Below, piece by piece: positions 1-10,829 of a stretch of DNA of 21,030 bases (within the stretch, counting starts at the first letter, position 1; each line of letters begins with the position of its first letter). Under the pieces are notes generated by a model. The model worked only from the letters and a program-made list of their open reading frames with translations, was not told the origin of the DNA and made no database searches. The stretch is from Chiloscyllium plagiosum (lineage: Eukaryota): contig NC_057718.1 of NCBI RefSeq assembly GCF_004010195.1, positions 20,102,351 to 20,123,380 of the forward strand, written 5' to 3'. The translations under genes and the position numbers were made by a program.

Positions 1-297
1 AGAAAAACAGTCATAGTAATGGCTACAAATGCCTGAATAGTACCACTGCTCCCATCAGTCTTGGCGCAGGAGCTGCAAAAGGACAGTATTATCATAAAAG
101 GCAACTGCTTCTTAACACTAATACTACTACACATAAAAATTTCATATACTCCATCTCACAACTTTCAACTGCAGTGCCTTGACAACTGTCACCAAATTCT
201 AACAATGGCTTGAAGGAACAGCTCAGGAGATTTTTAAGAGTCAAAGCATTTGACACAATTTCATCCTTTGAAGAAATTTACTGTAGTTTTCACTAAC

Positions 298-435
298 CTT
301 TGCAACTTTATGATTTGCTGCTGTCTCATATGAAGTATTTTGCAGCCCATCCTTCAATTGCGAAATAAACTGATCGTATCCTTCTATATATGAAACCTCC
401 ACCTTCTCCAGACAAGCAGATAACAATTGCTGGGC
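298..435 (-). CDS. BIRC6: BIRC6 internal coding exon, probably exon 3
   Basis: Translation AQQLLSACLEKVEVSYIEGYDQFISQLKDGLQNTSYETAANHKVAK (46 codons) continues in frame from ...LELPVTE, as in BIRC6. Acceptor ttttttaacctacag|GCC at 436/435, donor AAG|gttagt at 298/297. Confidence 0.96.
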
Positions 436-1154
436 CTGTAGGTTAAAAAAAAAGACAGTACGCAAATAATAAACGAGCCAGAGAGTCAGCAAAAGTAAAG
501 TCTGGATCTGTCAAAAAAAACCTATGCAGATGACACGAGAAACAAATATTTCAATGCTCAAAAAATACCCATACATTTGCATTTATACCACTGACATGAC
601 ATGCTTTGCAGAAATTATTACAGGTAGCAGTCTGAAAATTGTTCAGAAGGTTTTGGCATTAAACAAAAAATCCCTTTGCTTTAAAACACCCTATGACATT
701 AAAGGATAAAACAACAGTGCTGTTAAAATAACTGGTGCAAGACATGGTAGTTTATCTGGAGGTGCAACATTATATCACTAAATGGCATTTGGAAGGATCC
801 TCGGCCCAGAGAGGAGTTATTTGGGATTGAAACATGTACTCAGATTTTAGTAGGAAAAAAAGACAATAAAATTTGCATTTTCATTAATTGTCCTTGAAAT
901 TTTGAATGCAAAGATCAAAAATATAAAAAGCCAATATAATTGTGCAAGAAGGTACATGACATGTCCTGTAAGGACATGAAGAATTATGGTTTAACACATC
1001 TTTTTAAAAAGGCTATGCATAATGCTTTACCCACCAGATAGTATCATACAAAATGTGACAACATGATACCTACTTGGCAGAAAGTACACAATGAACGCAA
1101 GTACAAGATTGAGATTTTATGGCTTTAATGCCATGTTGGAGTTAGACACAGAGC

Positions 1155-1489
1155 CATAGAATCATAGAGATGTACATCAGGGAAACCGACCCTTTGCCCA
1201 TGCCAACCAGATATCCCAACCTAATCTAGTCCCACTTGCCAGCACCTGGCCCATATCCTTCCTATTCATATATCCATCCAGACGCCTTTTTAATGTTGCA
1301 ATTGTACCAGCCTCCATCACTTACCCTGGCAGTTCATTCCATACATGTAACACCCTCTGCCCCTTAGATCTCTTTTATATCTGTCCCCTTCACCTTAAAC
1401 TTATGCCCTCGAGTTCTGGATTCGCCCATGCCAGGGAAAAGACTGTCTATTCATCCTGTCCATGCCCCTCATGATTTTATTAGCCTCTG
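1155..1489 (-). mobile_element. CR1-type LINE 3' fragment, 5'-truncated
   Basis: Begins on the + strand with catagaatcatagagatgtac, the reverse complement of a CR1 (ATTCTATG)-type tail, followed by CR1 3'UTR/ORF2-end sequence. Clearly paralogous to 1988-2338. Confidence 0.8.
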
Positions 1490-1714
1490 TTCCACGAACA
1501 AAGCACTTGCATTTCACCCTTGTGCTCAAGGACACCCTCAGAATCCTTCCAGGATTATGGCCTTATAGTCATTCCTCTGAATCCAAATCTTTTTCACATT
1601 CTGAAATAAGCCTTTAACATTTATGACTGGGGAGATACAGACAGAGGCAAAAAGGAGACGCTTCTACAGTGCCTGGATCAGTTACCAATTTTATTAAAAG
1701 TTCACCATTGAATA

Positions 1715-1810
1715 TCAGAATTACACTGGATTTAAATGTTAATTTTGTTTCTCTCACTGATGTTGCCAAACCTGCTGAGTTTTTCCAGGATTTTGTTTCT
1801 ATTTCTACCA
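1715..1810 (+). mobile_element. Degenerate Penelope-like terminal-repeat remnant
   Basis: gatgttgccaaacctgctgagtttttccagg resembles the end of the intact arm at 14606-14634 (gatgctgcctgacctgctgcgcttttcca). The upstream aaatgttaat may be a decayed gaaacgtt motif. Confidence 0.5.
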
Positions 1811-1939
1811 TAGGAATTGATGGATTGGTTAAAAGTTGACAATGACAATGGAATATAATCATAACACTGATTTTTCCAATTAGCCTTCCAAATAAAACTG
1901 TGCAAGTGTTAAGACCCAAAGGCCCATAATTTAGGTCAG

Positions 1940-3450
1940 ATTCACAGAATTTACTGAACTAATGCAGTGAAGGCCATTCAGCCCATTACAGAGTCATAGG
2001 GTCAGAGATGTACAGCATGGAAACAGACCCTTCGGTCCAACTCATCCATACCGATCAGATATCCCAATCCAATCTAGTCCCACCTGAAAGCACCTGGCCC
2101 ATATCCCTCCAAACCCTTCCTATTCATATACCTGCCCAGATGCCTTTTAAATGTTGCAATTGTAACAGCCTCCACCATTTCCTCTGGCAGCTCATTCCAT
2201 ACATGTATCACGTTCTGCATGAAAAGGTGGCCCCTTAGGTCTTTTTTCTACTTTTCCCCTCTCACCCTAAATCTATGCCCTCTAGTTCTGGACACTCCCA
2301 CCCCAGGGAAGAGACTTTGACTGTTTATTCCATCCATGTTTGGGCCAGCTCGCCAAATAAGCATCTCAGTGACACACTCCTATATCCCCCCCATTAACCT
2401 TGAATATTGCTCCTTTTCAAACAACCAACTAATTCCCCTTTGGATGTCTCGATCAATCTGCTTCCTCCAAACTTTCTTACTGTGCATTCCAGATTCTAAC
2501 TACACAATGCACGAATAAAGTTTCCCTCATATCACTTTTAGCTCTCTTACTGTTACTTGAAATCTATTATTGAAAGATCTCATTCTTGATCTTTTTCAGA
2601 GTGGGAATATTTTGTATTTATATATTTTTATTTCCATCCTTCTCTCAAGGCTTCAAATATTTCTATTAGATCTCCACTCGAAGGACAGAGATCCCAATGT
2701 CTGCAATCCATCTTCATAATTAAAATTATCCCTGGACTCATTCTCAAAAACCTTTTCTGTAGTCTTTCCAAGTACTTCACATCCTAAAGTGTGACACCCA
2801 AAACTGGAAGTAACACTTCAGCCAAAACTGAGCTGGTATGTTAAAGAAGTTGAACACGATTGTTGCCAGTGATTCCTTGCTCTATGGTTCTATCTTTAAA
2901 GCCTAGGACCACGGATACTTTATTAACTGCTCACCTGCCACCTTAAACAAGTTCTGTTCATATACACTTTAGTCCCTCTGTCACTCCACCCTTTTTAGAG
3001 TTGTATCCTTCATTTTATATTGTCTCACCATGTCTCTCCTACCAAAGCATATTGCTCCTTCTCAGGTCTCCAGATTGAACATCAGTCACCTATCTGCACA
3101 CTCCACCATATTTCAAACGACCTTGATGTTTTTCACAATCCTCCAAATTTTGTACGGTTCACAAAATTTGAAATTGTGCCGAGTACAACAAGGTCCAGAT
3201 CATTACTATATAAGAAAAAGCAGCGACCCCAAACTGATCTTTTCTGAACTCCACTACAGACCTTTCTCCTGTCTGAAAAAACATTCACTGAAATATTATT
3301 CTGTTTCCTGTCACTGAACTGATTTTGTATCCATATTACTACTATTGCTTTTATTCTGTGAACTCTAATTCACTTACATATCTGGAGTGTGATACCTATC
3401 ATGCATATCAATAGCATTAACCTCATCAAACCTCTGTTATCCATCCAAAC
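1940..3450 (-). mobile_element. Old CR1 LINE (3' UTR plus decayed RT), interrupted by a younger CR1 at 1988-2338
   Basis: The CR1 3'-end motif aggccattcagcccat (1971-1986) resumes as ...tgggccagctc after 2338. The minus strand at ~3141-3175 reads ISNFVNRTKFG, a decayed ISKFADDTKLG, and ~3215-3240 resembles the GSVLGPLLF motif. Confidence 0.7.
1988..2338 (-). mobile_element. Younger CR1-type LINE 3' fragment (nested)
   Basis: Starts agagtcatagggtcagagatgtacagcatggaaacagacccttcgg. Same family as 1155-1489, sharing tctagtcccac, cacctggcccatatcc and aatgttgcaattgta. Confidence 0.8.
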
Positions 3451-3519
3451 AATTCTCATCCGTTATTCAAATATAAACTTTCCAATATGAAAATACTTAC
3501 ACTCCTGAAAACATCGCAA

Positions 3520-3800
3520 ATGAGAGAACAGAGATTTAGAACAATGGGAAATAACTGATCATGATGAGGAAAAATTGCTTCACGCAGGGTATGGTTAGGG
3601 TCTGAAAAATCCTGCATAGAATTTAAAGGAGGTTCATTGCAGGTTCAATTGAGATATTCAAAAGGGGAATTAGATCATTATTTGAAAGGAACAATGTGCA
3701 AGGTTAGAGGGGAAAAGACAGGACATTGGAACTAAGTGAGATGCTCATTTGGAGACTGGCACATGCATGATCACATGCATGGCTTCCTTCACTGATTCTC
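3520..3800 (+). mobile_element. CR1 LINE 3' fragment, plus strand
   Basis: gaggaaaaattgcttcacgcagggtatggttagggtctg...ttcaaaaggggaattagatcattatttg resembles the CR1 ORF2 C-terminus (FFTQRVVRVWN...FKRELD), followed by a 3'UTR. Confidence 0.65.
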
Positions 3801-3867
3801 CTTAATTAACATGCATTTATCCACGTGACTATCAATCTTGCTAGAATTATTGTTTTCAGAGGTTTCC

Positions 3868-4040
3868 CTACCAATGTTTACTGACTGGTTTGTAGCTACT
3901 TGGGCTCATTTTAATATCTTGAAAAAGGACATTTGCAATTTGTTTGCTGTCCTCTAGCACCACTCCAAGCAAAAGGAAGACTAAAAAAATTGTCAGTGCC
4001 TCTGCAATTTCTATTCGCACTTCCTTCAGTACTCTGCCTT
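3868..4040 (-). mobile_element. CR1 ORF2 fragment, N-terminal RT region
   Basis: The ORF-track peptide RVLKEVRIEIAEALTIF...GVVLEDSKQIANV...PSSYKPVS matches the CR1 pattern RVLKE..IAE.L..IF...G.VPEDW.IANV...NYRPVSL. May continue the 1940-3450 copy. Confidence 0.75.
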
Positions 4041-4974
4041 TAACACTAATGTTAGCCTGGTCTATATTCAGATAATTGAATTTGAGAATGAAAATTCCGC
4101 CACACATCTACATTTGATTCTGTAATTGCTCCCAAAATGCTTCTTGTAGAATTGAGTAATTTTTAAGTTCAAAAATGAAAGACAAAGAAAGGCAGTTAAC
4201 CAGTATAAATTATGAACGACAATTCTTTTAAAACTACTGCCAGGTTTTTTTCCTGGCATTTGAATGGAGATACTTTATACCTATGATTATTCATTACGCA
4301 AAAGTGTGGCAAATTGCTGATGTGCAAAAGGAAAGGGTAAAATAAAATGTTGCTTTTCAGTCACAGTGGCAAACTTTGTGTGACTGAGTAGGTTGAGAAA
4401 TCTGCCTACAGAGCAGGGAGGGAAGAAGGGGAAAAAAAAACATTTATGATTTTTTTGTGCATTTTTTTGACCTGATCAAGTTTGCAGAAAATAAAACTAA
4501 TTTGGTACCCCAGCATTCACAACTCTATGGTTGAAGATGTTTCTTAATTTAATTTCTGAATTGAAAGTACTGATTTCTGAAAAGAAAGTATTGTGTTTTA
4601 AATGGACCAATGGTTCTAATTCAATCCTTGACAATTTGTGAGAGAAAGACATAAATTAACTACAGTCAGATCCTTGGTTTATGCTTCAACAAAACAGACA
4701 CCCCCACCAGTGGTGGTTTAGAATTTTTAATTATAAACCATAGTCTGACTTACAAAGTTTTTATGATTTTAAACGTGCTATTATTTAATTTCGATTCACT
4801 TTAACTAGCCCAGTTCAAGTTTTTGCAGAATAGGATGTCATTGCAGAAAGTCTGCTTCACCACAAGGAAATCAATGACTGGTAGAACAAGACCCCCAGAC
4901 CACACTGGCTGACCAATGCCAGAATATCAGTCCTAATATGCAGCAGAAAGGCTGTGGCTTTCAGCAAAATAACA

Positions 4975-5045
4975 GATATTTTCCATCAACATGTTCAGAC
5001 AGTACACACCTCTGGAACAGGTGAGACTTGAACTTAAGAGCCAAA
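4975..5045 (-). mobile_element. tRNA-derived SINE head remnant
   Basis: The minus strand reads aagttcaagtctcacctgttccagaggtgtgt, containing a Pol III B-box-like GTTCAAGTC. Confidence 0.35.
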
Positions 5046-5257
5046 ACCCTAAACTGCTCAAAGTGAGGCTGATTAGCTAACTCCTACACAAACATGAATG
5101 TTGATCAGCCACATAATAAGAATTTAACCTCCTTCACTCTTACCAGGCACATTTTCGTTTAGGTTACAAAGATGACAAAAGGAAAGAGAAAATACATCTT
5201 TGACATGACCTATCTCCAGAAAACAAGATCACACCAAGGTGCAGAAAATGTTCTTAC

Positions 5258-5439
5258 CTCTGTAACTGGCAATTCAAGCTGAACCACATCATCTTGCTTC
5301 GAGACAGGGGTCTGTAGTGCTGTATCAAGCAGCAAGATACCATTCAAATCTTTTCTACATCCAACTGCATAGTCATCCACAAAGACAACTTTATCCACTG
5401 CTGCAAAGTACTGACACCTCACCTGACCACCTGGTTTGG
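5258..5439 (-). CDS. BIRC6: BIRC6 (BRUCE/Apollon) internal coding exon, probably exon 2
   Basis: Translation (A)KPGGQVRCQYFAAVDKVVFVDDYAVGCRKDLNGILLLDTALQTPVSKQDDVVQLELPVTE is nearly identical to the vertebrate BIRC6 N-terminus as I recall it. Acceptor tgttttttcag|CC at 5440/5439, donor GAG|gtaaga at 5258/5257. Length 182 nt, phase 1 start, phase 0 end. Confidence 0.96.
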
Positions 5440-5614
5440 CTGAAAAAACAGACAAAATTAATTCAATTTCTATGAACTGATACTTCCACGATAAATGTAA
5501 CAGTAAAACTTTAACAGTTACCGATCCACGACCTCTGCTTAGTAGATGCTGCAGACAAATGCTCAGATTGGTCTCAAGGACCAACATACATGAAAAGGCC
5601 ATTAATTCCATTTA

Positions 5615-5814
5615 CAGGTTGTTCTGGTATAACACTCATTTCATTAAAATTAATTAGCTCTCGCACGTTTGAAGAATTGTGAATGCTGTTTGGATAATGT
5701 GAACTTTCTATTGAACAAATACAGCAATTTCCTATCGCGATCTTGTACAGCACGCTTTTCTATTGCGCGGGGTTACAGAGGATTGCAACTGTCACATTAT
5801 AGCAGAACGACCTG
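5615..5814. mobile_element. MITE of the Tc1/mariner (Tigger/pogo-like) superfamily, 200 bp
   Basis: Left end caggttgttctggtataa and reverse-complemented right end caggtcgttctgctataa are 16/18 identical. Flanked by TA at 5613-5614 and 5815-5816. No transposase ORF. Confidence 0.85.
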
Positions 5815-6338
5815 TAACTGCTTAAGCCAACCACTGCCATCCTCCAATTGAGGATATATTGCATAAGGACAATTTTTCAAACGAATATAGCACCATTTGC
5901 AAACAGTTAATTTGTACAAATCTGACAAAAATGCTAATTGAGTGCAATATCTATTTTGCATGAAGCAAAACTAGAAGCATTTTCACACAGGATTTTCAAG
6001 ATGTTTCGATGTTGACAAGAATTGTAAAGAAATGGGTCCTTGAATTACAATAAAACAAAAAGATGCAAAGAGGCAAAGTAGGAGACAAATTAGTTATTGT
6101 GGAACTCAAATTGTTGAAGGTTTTGACCATTTGGAACAGTTGTTGGTATAGGAGATGATGCAAGAGATGATGGCATGCCCACACTTATTGTTGATAACCC
6201 CACAATAGAGCATATACCTCTGAGTAGATATCCATCTCCATTTTGCTGGAGCAATTAGCCAAGTAGGATGATAGGTTTCTATACTACAGTGCTGATGTTG
6301 TCAGGTCTAATAATGCGATGATGCTGCTCCTTCAACAA

Positions 6339-6953
6339 AGTTATGTTGTCCTTGGTTTTTTTTTCCAGGAGATCATAAAAACACCGATTTCAAAAAGTCT
6401 GGGTTTTGATCGGGTTTAGGGCCAGTTTGATTATAGCTAATAGATACTGCCTCGGGGAAAAGGCTTTTAAGATTTTAAAAAAACACGTACAATGAAAGGA
6501 GAGTGGCGAGTTCTCCCAGCTCAGCACTTCTCTGGTTTTTCTTTGGCAGACTGGCCATTCACTGAAAGCAGTCAGGCAGTTATGAAACTGCCAAAAGAAG
6601 CAGGTCCATGCAGGTACTCTCTCTCTGACAACTTTCCTTTAAGACCCTGTGCTTGATTTTATCTTTTGTGCCATGGTGTGTTTATGGGGATTGCTGCAAG
6701 TATTTGGAACAGCATCATTAAGTTGGGATGATCTGCTGAGTTTTCAGATAGGTTAAGTTTTCAATATTCTCTCCGCTTTGTGTTTCATTCAGTAATCTCG
6801 TAAATATATTCTCTTTTGTTTAAAATTAAGGGGTTTAACCAGCTACATCACTCCTGGAATGTCTGCATTAAACTTGCTTAAAACAACTAGCAAAGTTAGC
6901 ATCCGGGCTACTTTCTTGAAATGTTTTGAGGGGGTCTGGCCTTGTCCAAAACA
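6339..6953 (+). mobile_element. Probable solo LTR, degenerate (Gypsy/ERV-like)
   Basis: ~615 bp starting (a)gttatg and ending caaaaca, like a decayed TGTTATG...CATAACA. It has a polyA-signal-like gtaaatatattc near 6800. No clean TSD. Confidence 0.45.
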
Positions 6954-7739
6954 ATAGTCATGGCCATGTCTAATTTGCATGGCCACTTTTTAATGTCACA
7001 TGAAACCAACAAAATTAACTTGGTGACATTCATAATGGCACAAATTTCAGTAAAGGGCAAAGTGGCATTGCCCATTTGGCACTTTGAATATTTTTCACTT
7101 TAGTCTCGTCTCAAGCATTCATGCTTTGCTATCACAAAAAAGTATGCAAAGCTCACTTCAAAACCAGTGCTACATCCCAAGAACAAAGTTGTTTATATTT
7201 TCTTCAACAGAGCTTCTTTAAGAAAATGAGGTTTGCTAAACAATGGTTCAGAACATTTTCACCAATTAACACGTGATCAATCTATCCACGCACCAACAGG
7301 AACAAAACAAAAGCAAAACAATAAGTGTCAACATCCCCACAAACATGTTGTTATCCACATGACCAAAGTCAAAATTCCTACCCTTAAAATGAAAATGTTA
7401 TATCAAAGCAGACTAAATAGAGATACGCATACACTGATACTGAATTTATCATCTGAATAGCTGGCTAATTAGGCAAACATAAAACAGGCTTAGTCTTTAG
7501 ACAATTCTATATAAAGCTGCATATAATATTTGTTTTTACCGTGTGAATGGACTAATTTGGATTTTAACTGCACTCTCAAGAGGTGCATGAACTCAGCGCT
7601 GCACCAGTGCACACTTCCACAGAGTTCTTCTTTTCAATTACATGGTCAGTCAAAAATGGGGACAGGCAGAAGTTTACTGTACCAGATTTTAACTACATTC
7701 ACTCCATGTTGGAGAGACAAAGATACACAAGTAGCTTGT

Positions 7740-8200
7740 CAGGATTGGGTAGCTACAAGAGAAAAAAACCTTATGAGGACATTAGGAGTAAAAGTATAAA
7801 TTTCACTGGTTGGGAAGTCGGATCCATCTGGAAAGCTGCATTCTATGCTGGGGCACCAAACTTCATAGAAAATATACTGACCTTAAAGGAGAAGACAACA
7901 GTGTAGGTTTATCAGAACACTGTCAATTCAAATATCGATTCATGAGAACCAATAGCATGAAATTTGTATTCCAGCGAGTTAAGATTGACAGGTGACCTAA
8001 ATTCAAGCTCCTCAAAATTATAAAATGGAGGATAGTTTCGTTATCTGCTTTTTGTTTGAAGAAAATACTGAAATAATCTTACAATTAAGAGTTATAATGG
8101 GTTAGAGTCGTTGATTGCAAAGTATTATTCAAATTAGTTAGCTGAAATCTGAAAATGTCTGCCTGAAAAGGCTGCAAATACAAGCTTGAAATTTTTATTT
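7740..8200 (+). mobile_element. Highly decayed CR1 LINE ORF2 3' region
   Basis: tataaatttcactggtt...ccatctggaaagctgcattctatgctggggcaccaaacttc resembles YKSLVRPHLEYC.QFWAP. The downstream agattgacaggtgacctaa resembles RLRGDL. Confidence 0.6.
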
Positions 8201-8269
8201 CACCCAAACAACATATACAGTATGTTGATATTCATGTTTCAATTCAATGATCTTTCAGAGGTTCTTCAT

Positions 8270-8362
8270 TAAGACCATCACAGACGATGCCTGATCAAAG
8301 TTATCTAAGAATTTTCAGTTTTTATTTCAGATTTCTAGTGCCCACAGTATCTTGCTTATTTT
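8270..8362 (+). mobile_element. Degenerate Penelope-like terminal remnant
   Basis: cacagacgatgcctgatc...ttttcagtttttatttcagatttctagtgcccacagtatcttgc resembles the reverse complement of the element end at 13410-13490. Confidence 0.45.
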
Positions 8363-8434
8363 AATGAATAAATGGCTGTTTGCTACCTACAGCTTTCATT
8401 GGATACGGAGCGACAGTGAGCAAGTGAAGTTCTT

Positions 8435-8910
8435 ATTTGTTTATTCACATCATGCGGGTTCTATAAGCCAGTATTTATTGCACCTCTCCATTATCCCTTG
8501 AGAAGATGGTGATGAACTGGCATTTTGAACCATTAGTCTGTGAAGATATGCCAACAGTGCTGACTGGAAGGGAGTTCCAGCATTTGAACCCATCAAAAGA
8601 TGGAACACAGTCGTCATGTTTCCAAGTCAGGATGACATGAGCCTTGGAGTGGTGGTATTCCTTTCACCTGTTGCCCATATCCATCAGGGTGATTGAGGGT
8701 GCAGGTTTGGAAGTTGTTGCATACCTTGAGATGCAATATACTGCAGTCACACCACACTGAATGAAAATGTTAACGATGGTGAGTAGAGCCATTTTGTCTT
8801 GGATGGTATGGAGCACCTTGAGTGTTACCGGAGATGCACTAACGCAGGCAACTGGGGACTATTCCATCCTGACTTGTGCCCGGTTGCGGGTGGAAAGACT
8901 TTGAAGCACA
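8435..8910 (-). mobile_element. Non-LTR LINE (CR1/L2 group) 3' fragment
   Basis: Contains ccagtatttattgc (aataaa on the minus strand), cccttgagaagatggtgatg, agggagttccag and ttccaagtcaggatg. The same family recurs at ~10495-10635 and ~17520-17760. Confidence 0.7.
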
Positions 8911-9029
8911 TGCTACAGAGTGCCCATCCTCCAAAGTAAACATCAGCTGTGATCTGACTACTTGGCAAAACAAGCAGTATGGCTCATTCTTTTTATTTAT
9001 GCACTTTATCAAGAGACTTACAAACATTC

Positions 9030-9380
9030 AAGTTGTTGCTAATTTTATCAAAACGGAGATTTCTTGGGAAATGCAGACTTCACTTTCAATCACTCTGATG
9101 TGAATTAGCACAACTACTAAAATGCTCTCCAAGTATAACACCTTATTTAACATTAAGGGTGGTATACAATCAAGCCTATCGACAATTCCCAGAATTCTCT
9201 GGATCACCATCAACACAGTCCAATTGAAAGTCTCATTGCTTCGCAAGTTAATCAATAGTTGCATCTTTATATATGTATTCTTTCCAAAATCCAATACATA
9301 AAACCACATGGTTATGGAATTGAGAGACTCAATGTGAAACTGAAACTTACACCATCCAGTTCCACTAGGCAAGCTAATCA
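9030..9380 (-). mobile_element. Possible very ancient CR1 RT remnant
   Basis: ORF 9028..9372 contains VLDFGKN and QRILGIVD, which resemble the CR1 motifs V.HFG..N and QRDLG..VD. Confidence 0.35.
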
Positions 9381-10309
9381 GGAATAGGGAGCAATCATAC
9401 TGTTATTTACTTCAGCCATACTTTTTTTTAAAAATCAAAAGAGATACTCATACTCTTGATAATAATAAGCAGCATTTCTGTCTTCAATCAAATACTATAA
9501 CAATCATCTTGGCTGACACGCTTTGTGCAGTGCAGTCACAGTAGTTCTTTTAAACAGGCAGAGAATTTGTGCCGATTAAGTGCTCCTACTCTGTTGTTCC
9601 TCTCCCCACCCTCACGGAACAAACAATTATTCTAACAAGTATAAATTGATTACTTCAGGAAAAAACAAACTGTTTTGGCCCAATTTTTGCTTCCTCTTGT
9701 GTACTACCGTGTCTCACCCTTTCAAACAACAAGTTTTTTGTTTACACATACGTTTCTAACATAAGTAGATCCTGTCAAACCAGTCACCACCACTCAGTGG
9801 GTTAACTCACACTGTACTTCACATTTATTGGCACATAACCAAGTCACATTCCAACCAAAAAGCTACAAATACAGAAAGCAATTACGGCATTGACATACAG
9901 ATGCCATTACCTATCCGTTCAGTCCATTGGTCCTTTAAAAAAAAAATATGGAAACAAGGTAACTGGATAATGAATGGGCAGACACTGGAAACTAGGTTCA
10001 AATGCAATCTACACGATTGGGTTAAAATTTATCTTCTTCATTTAAGGCAATAAAGGTCCATGTGAAGCAAGTTTTACTAATCCCAAAACCAGTTTTTGTC
10101 GTGCAAATGAATGCAGCACTAAACTTAACACGAATTAATCATCTCAGGGGGAAGGCCACAGGATTGTAGTAGAAAGTGGAATACCATTCTAGTGCATCCT
10201 AAGATGAGGAAAATGCAAATCAGTCTGCATCTGATGTTTCATCCTGGACTTTGGAAATGCTTGATTCAGACTCCGTTTTCTATTTACCATATATACAGTC
10301 CTTGAAATT

Positions 10310-10460
10310 TTTTTTTTTAATTTGTTCATCGAATGTCAGCATTACTGGAAGGCCAGCATTTATTTCCCATCCCTAATTGCTCATAAGGCAGTCAAGAGTC
10401 AACTGCATTGCTGTGGGTCTGGAGTCACACATAGATCAGACCATAAAGATGGCAGTTACC
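10310..10460 (-). mobile_element. SINE 3' half with LINE-derived tail and poly(A)
   Basis: A poly-T run at ~10307-10318 is followed by ggccagcatttatttcccatccctaattgc, similar to the LINE tail at ~8465-8500, and then a non-LINE body (gtgggtctggagtcacac). Confidence 0.65.
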
Positions 10461-10494
10461 TGTGAGCTGAAAGTACAGCTAAAGTATTGTTAGC

Positions 10495-10635
10495 TAGGGA
10501 GCTTCAGCTTTTTGACCTAGCAGCGCATGAGAGTGACACAGTTCTAAGTCAGGATGGTGGATGCCTCAGGCAAAATAGTAGCTGGTACTCATGTACCTGC
10601 TTCCTTCTAGATGATAGAGGTGATTTAGGATTTGT
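10495..10635 (-). mobile_element. LINE fragment, same family as 8435-8910
   Basis: agggagcttcagctttttgacc...ttctaagtcaggatgg aligns by eye with 8569-8635. Confidence 0.55.
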
Positions 10636-10829
10636 AGCCCCCTGACCCAGAATGAAAAATAATTAGAAATGTCTCATCGGTTTCCAAGTACAATGATCCA
10701 GAATACATTTCCCCAAGTCTTAACTTATCCACCTCCTCTTTTCCTTTTTGCAGCAGTTTTAATCACATAAATAAAACAGCAAAAATGGAAAGTAAACAAA
10801 TTACCAAAGGATGTCATTATAAAATATAT

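Larger units (their letters stand above)
436..5257 (-). other. BIRC6: BIRC6 intron (GT-AG, phase 0, ~4.8 kb) between the two exons
   Basis: Bounded by the gtaaga donor and ctacag acceptor. The joined exons read ...PVTE|AQQLL... without a frameshift. Confidence 0.9.

Noticed and set aside
590..980. Cluster of CATG cores and an 8-bp hairpin catgtcct-gta-aggacatg (960-978) suggesting p53 response elements
   Set aside because: No pair of good RRRCWWGYYY half-sites at canonical spacing. CATG is common after CpG decay.
5440..5611. N-terminal extension of ORF 5210..5611
   Set aside because: It lies upstream of a strong acceptor at 5440/5439 and has no BIRC6 similarity, so it is intronic read-through.
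6106..7100. Cys/Trp-rich stop-free minus-strand stretches flanking the putative LTR (6300-6106 ...WLIAPAKWRWISTQRYMLYCG...; ~7090-6955 ...GNATLPFTEICAIMNVTK...), vaguely env-like
   Set aside because: They are short, have no start or splice support and lack diagnostic motifs (furin site, ISD, CX6CC). A blastx or HHpred hit would be needed.
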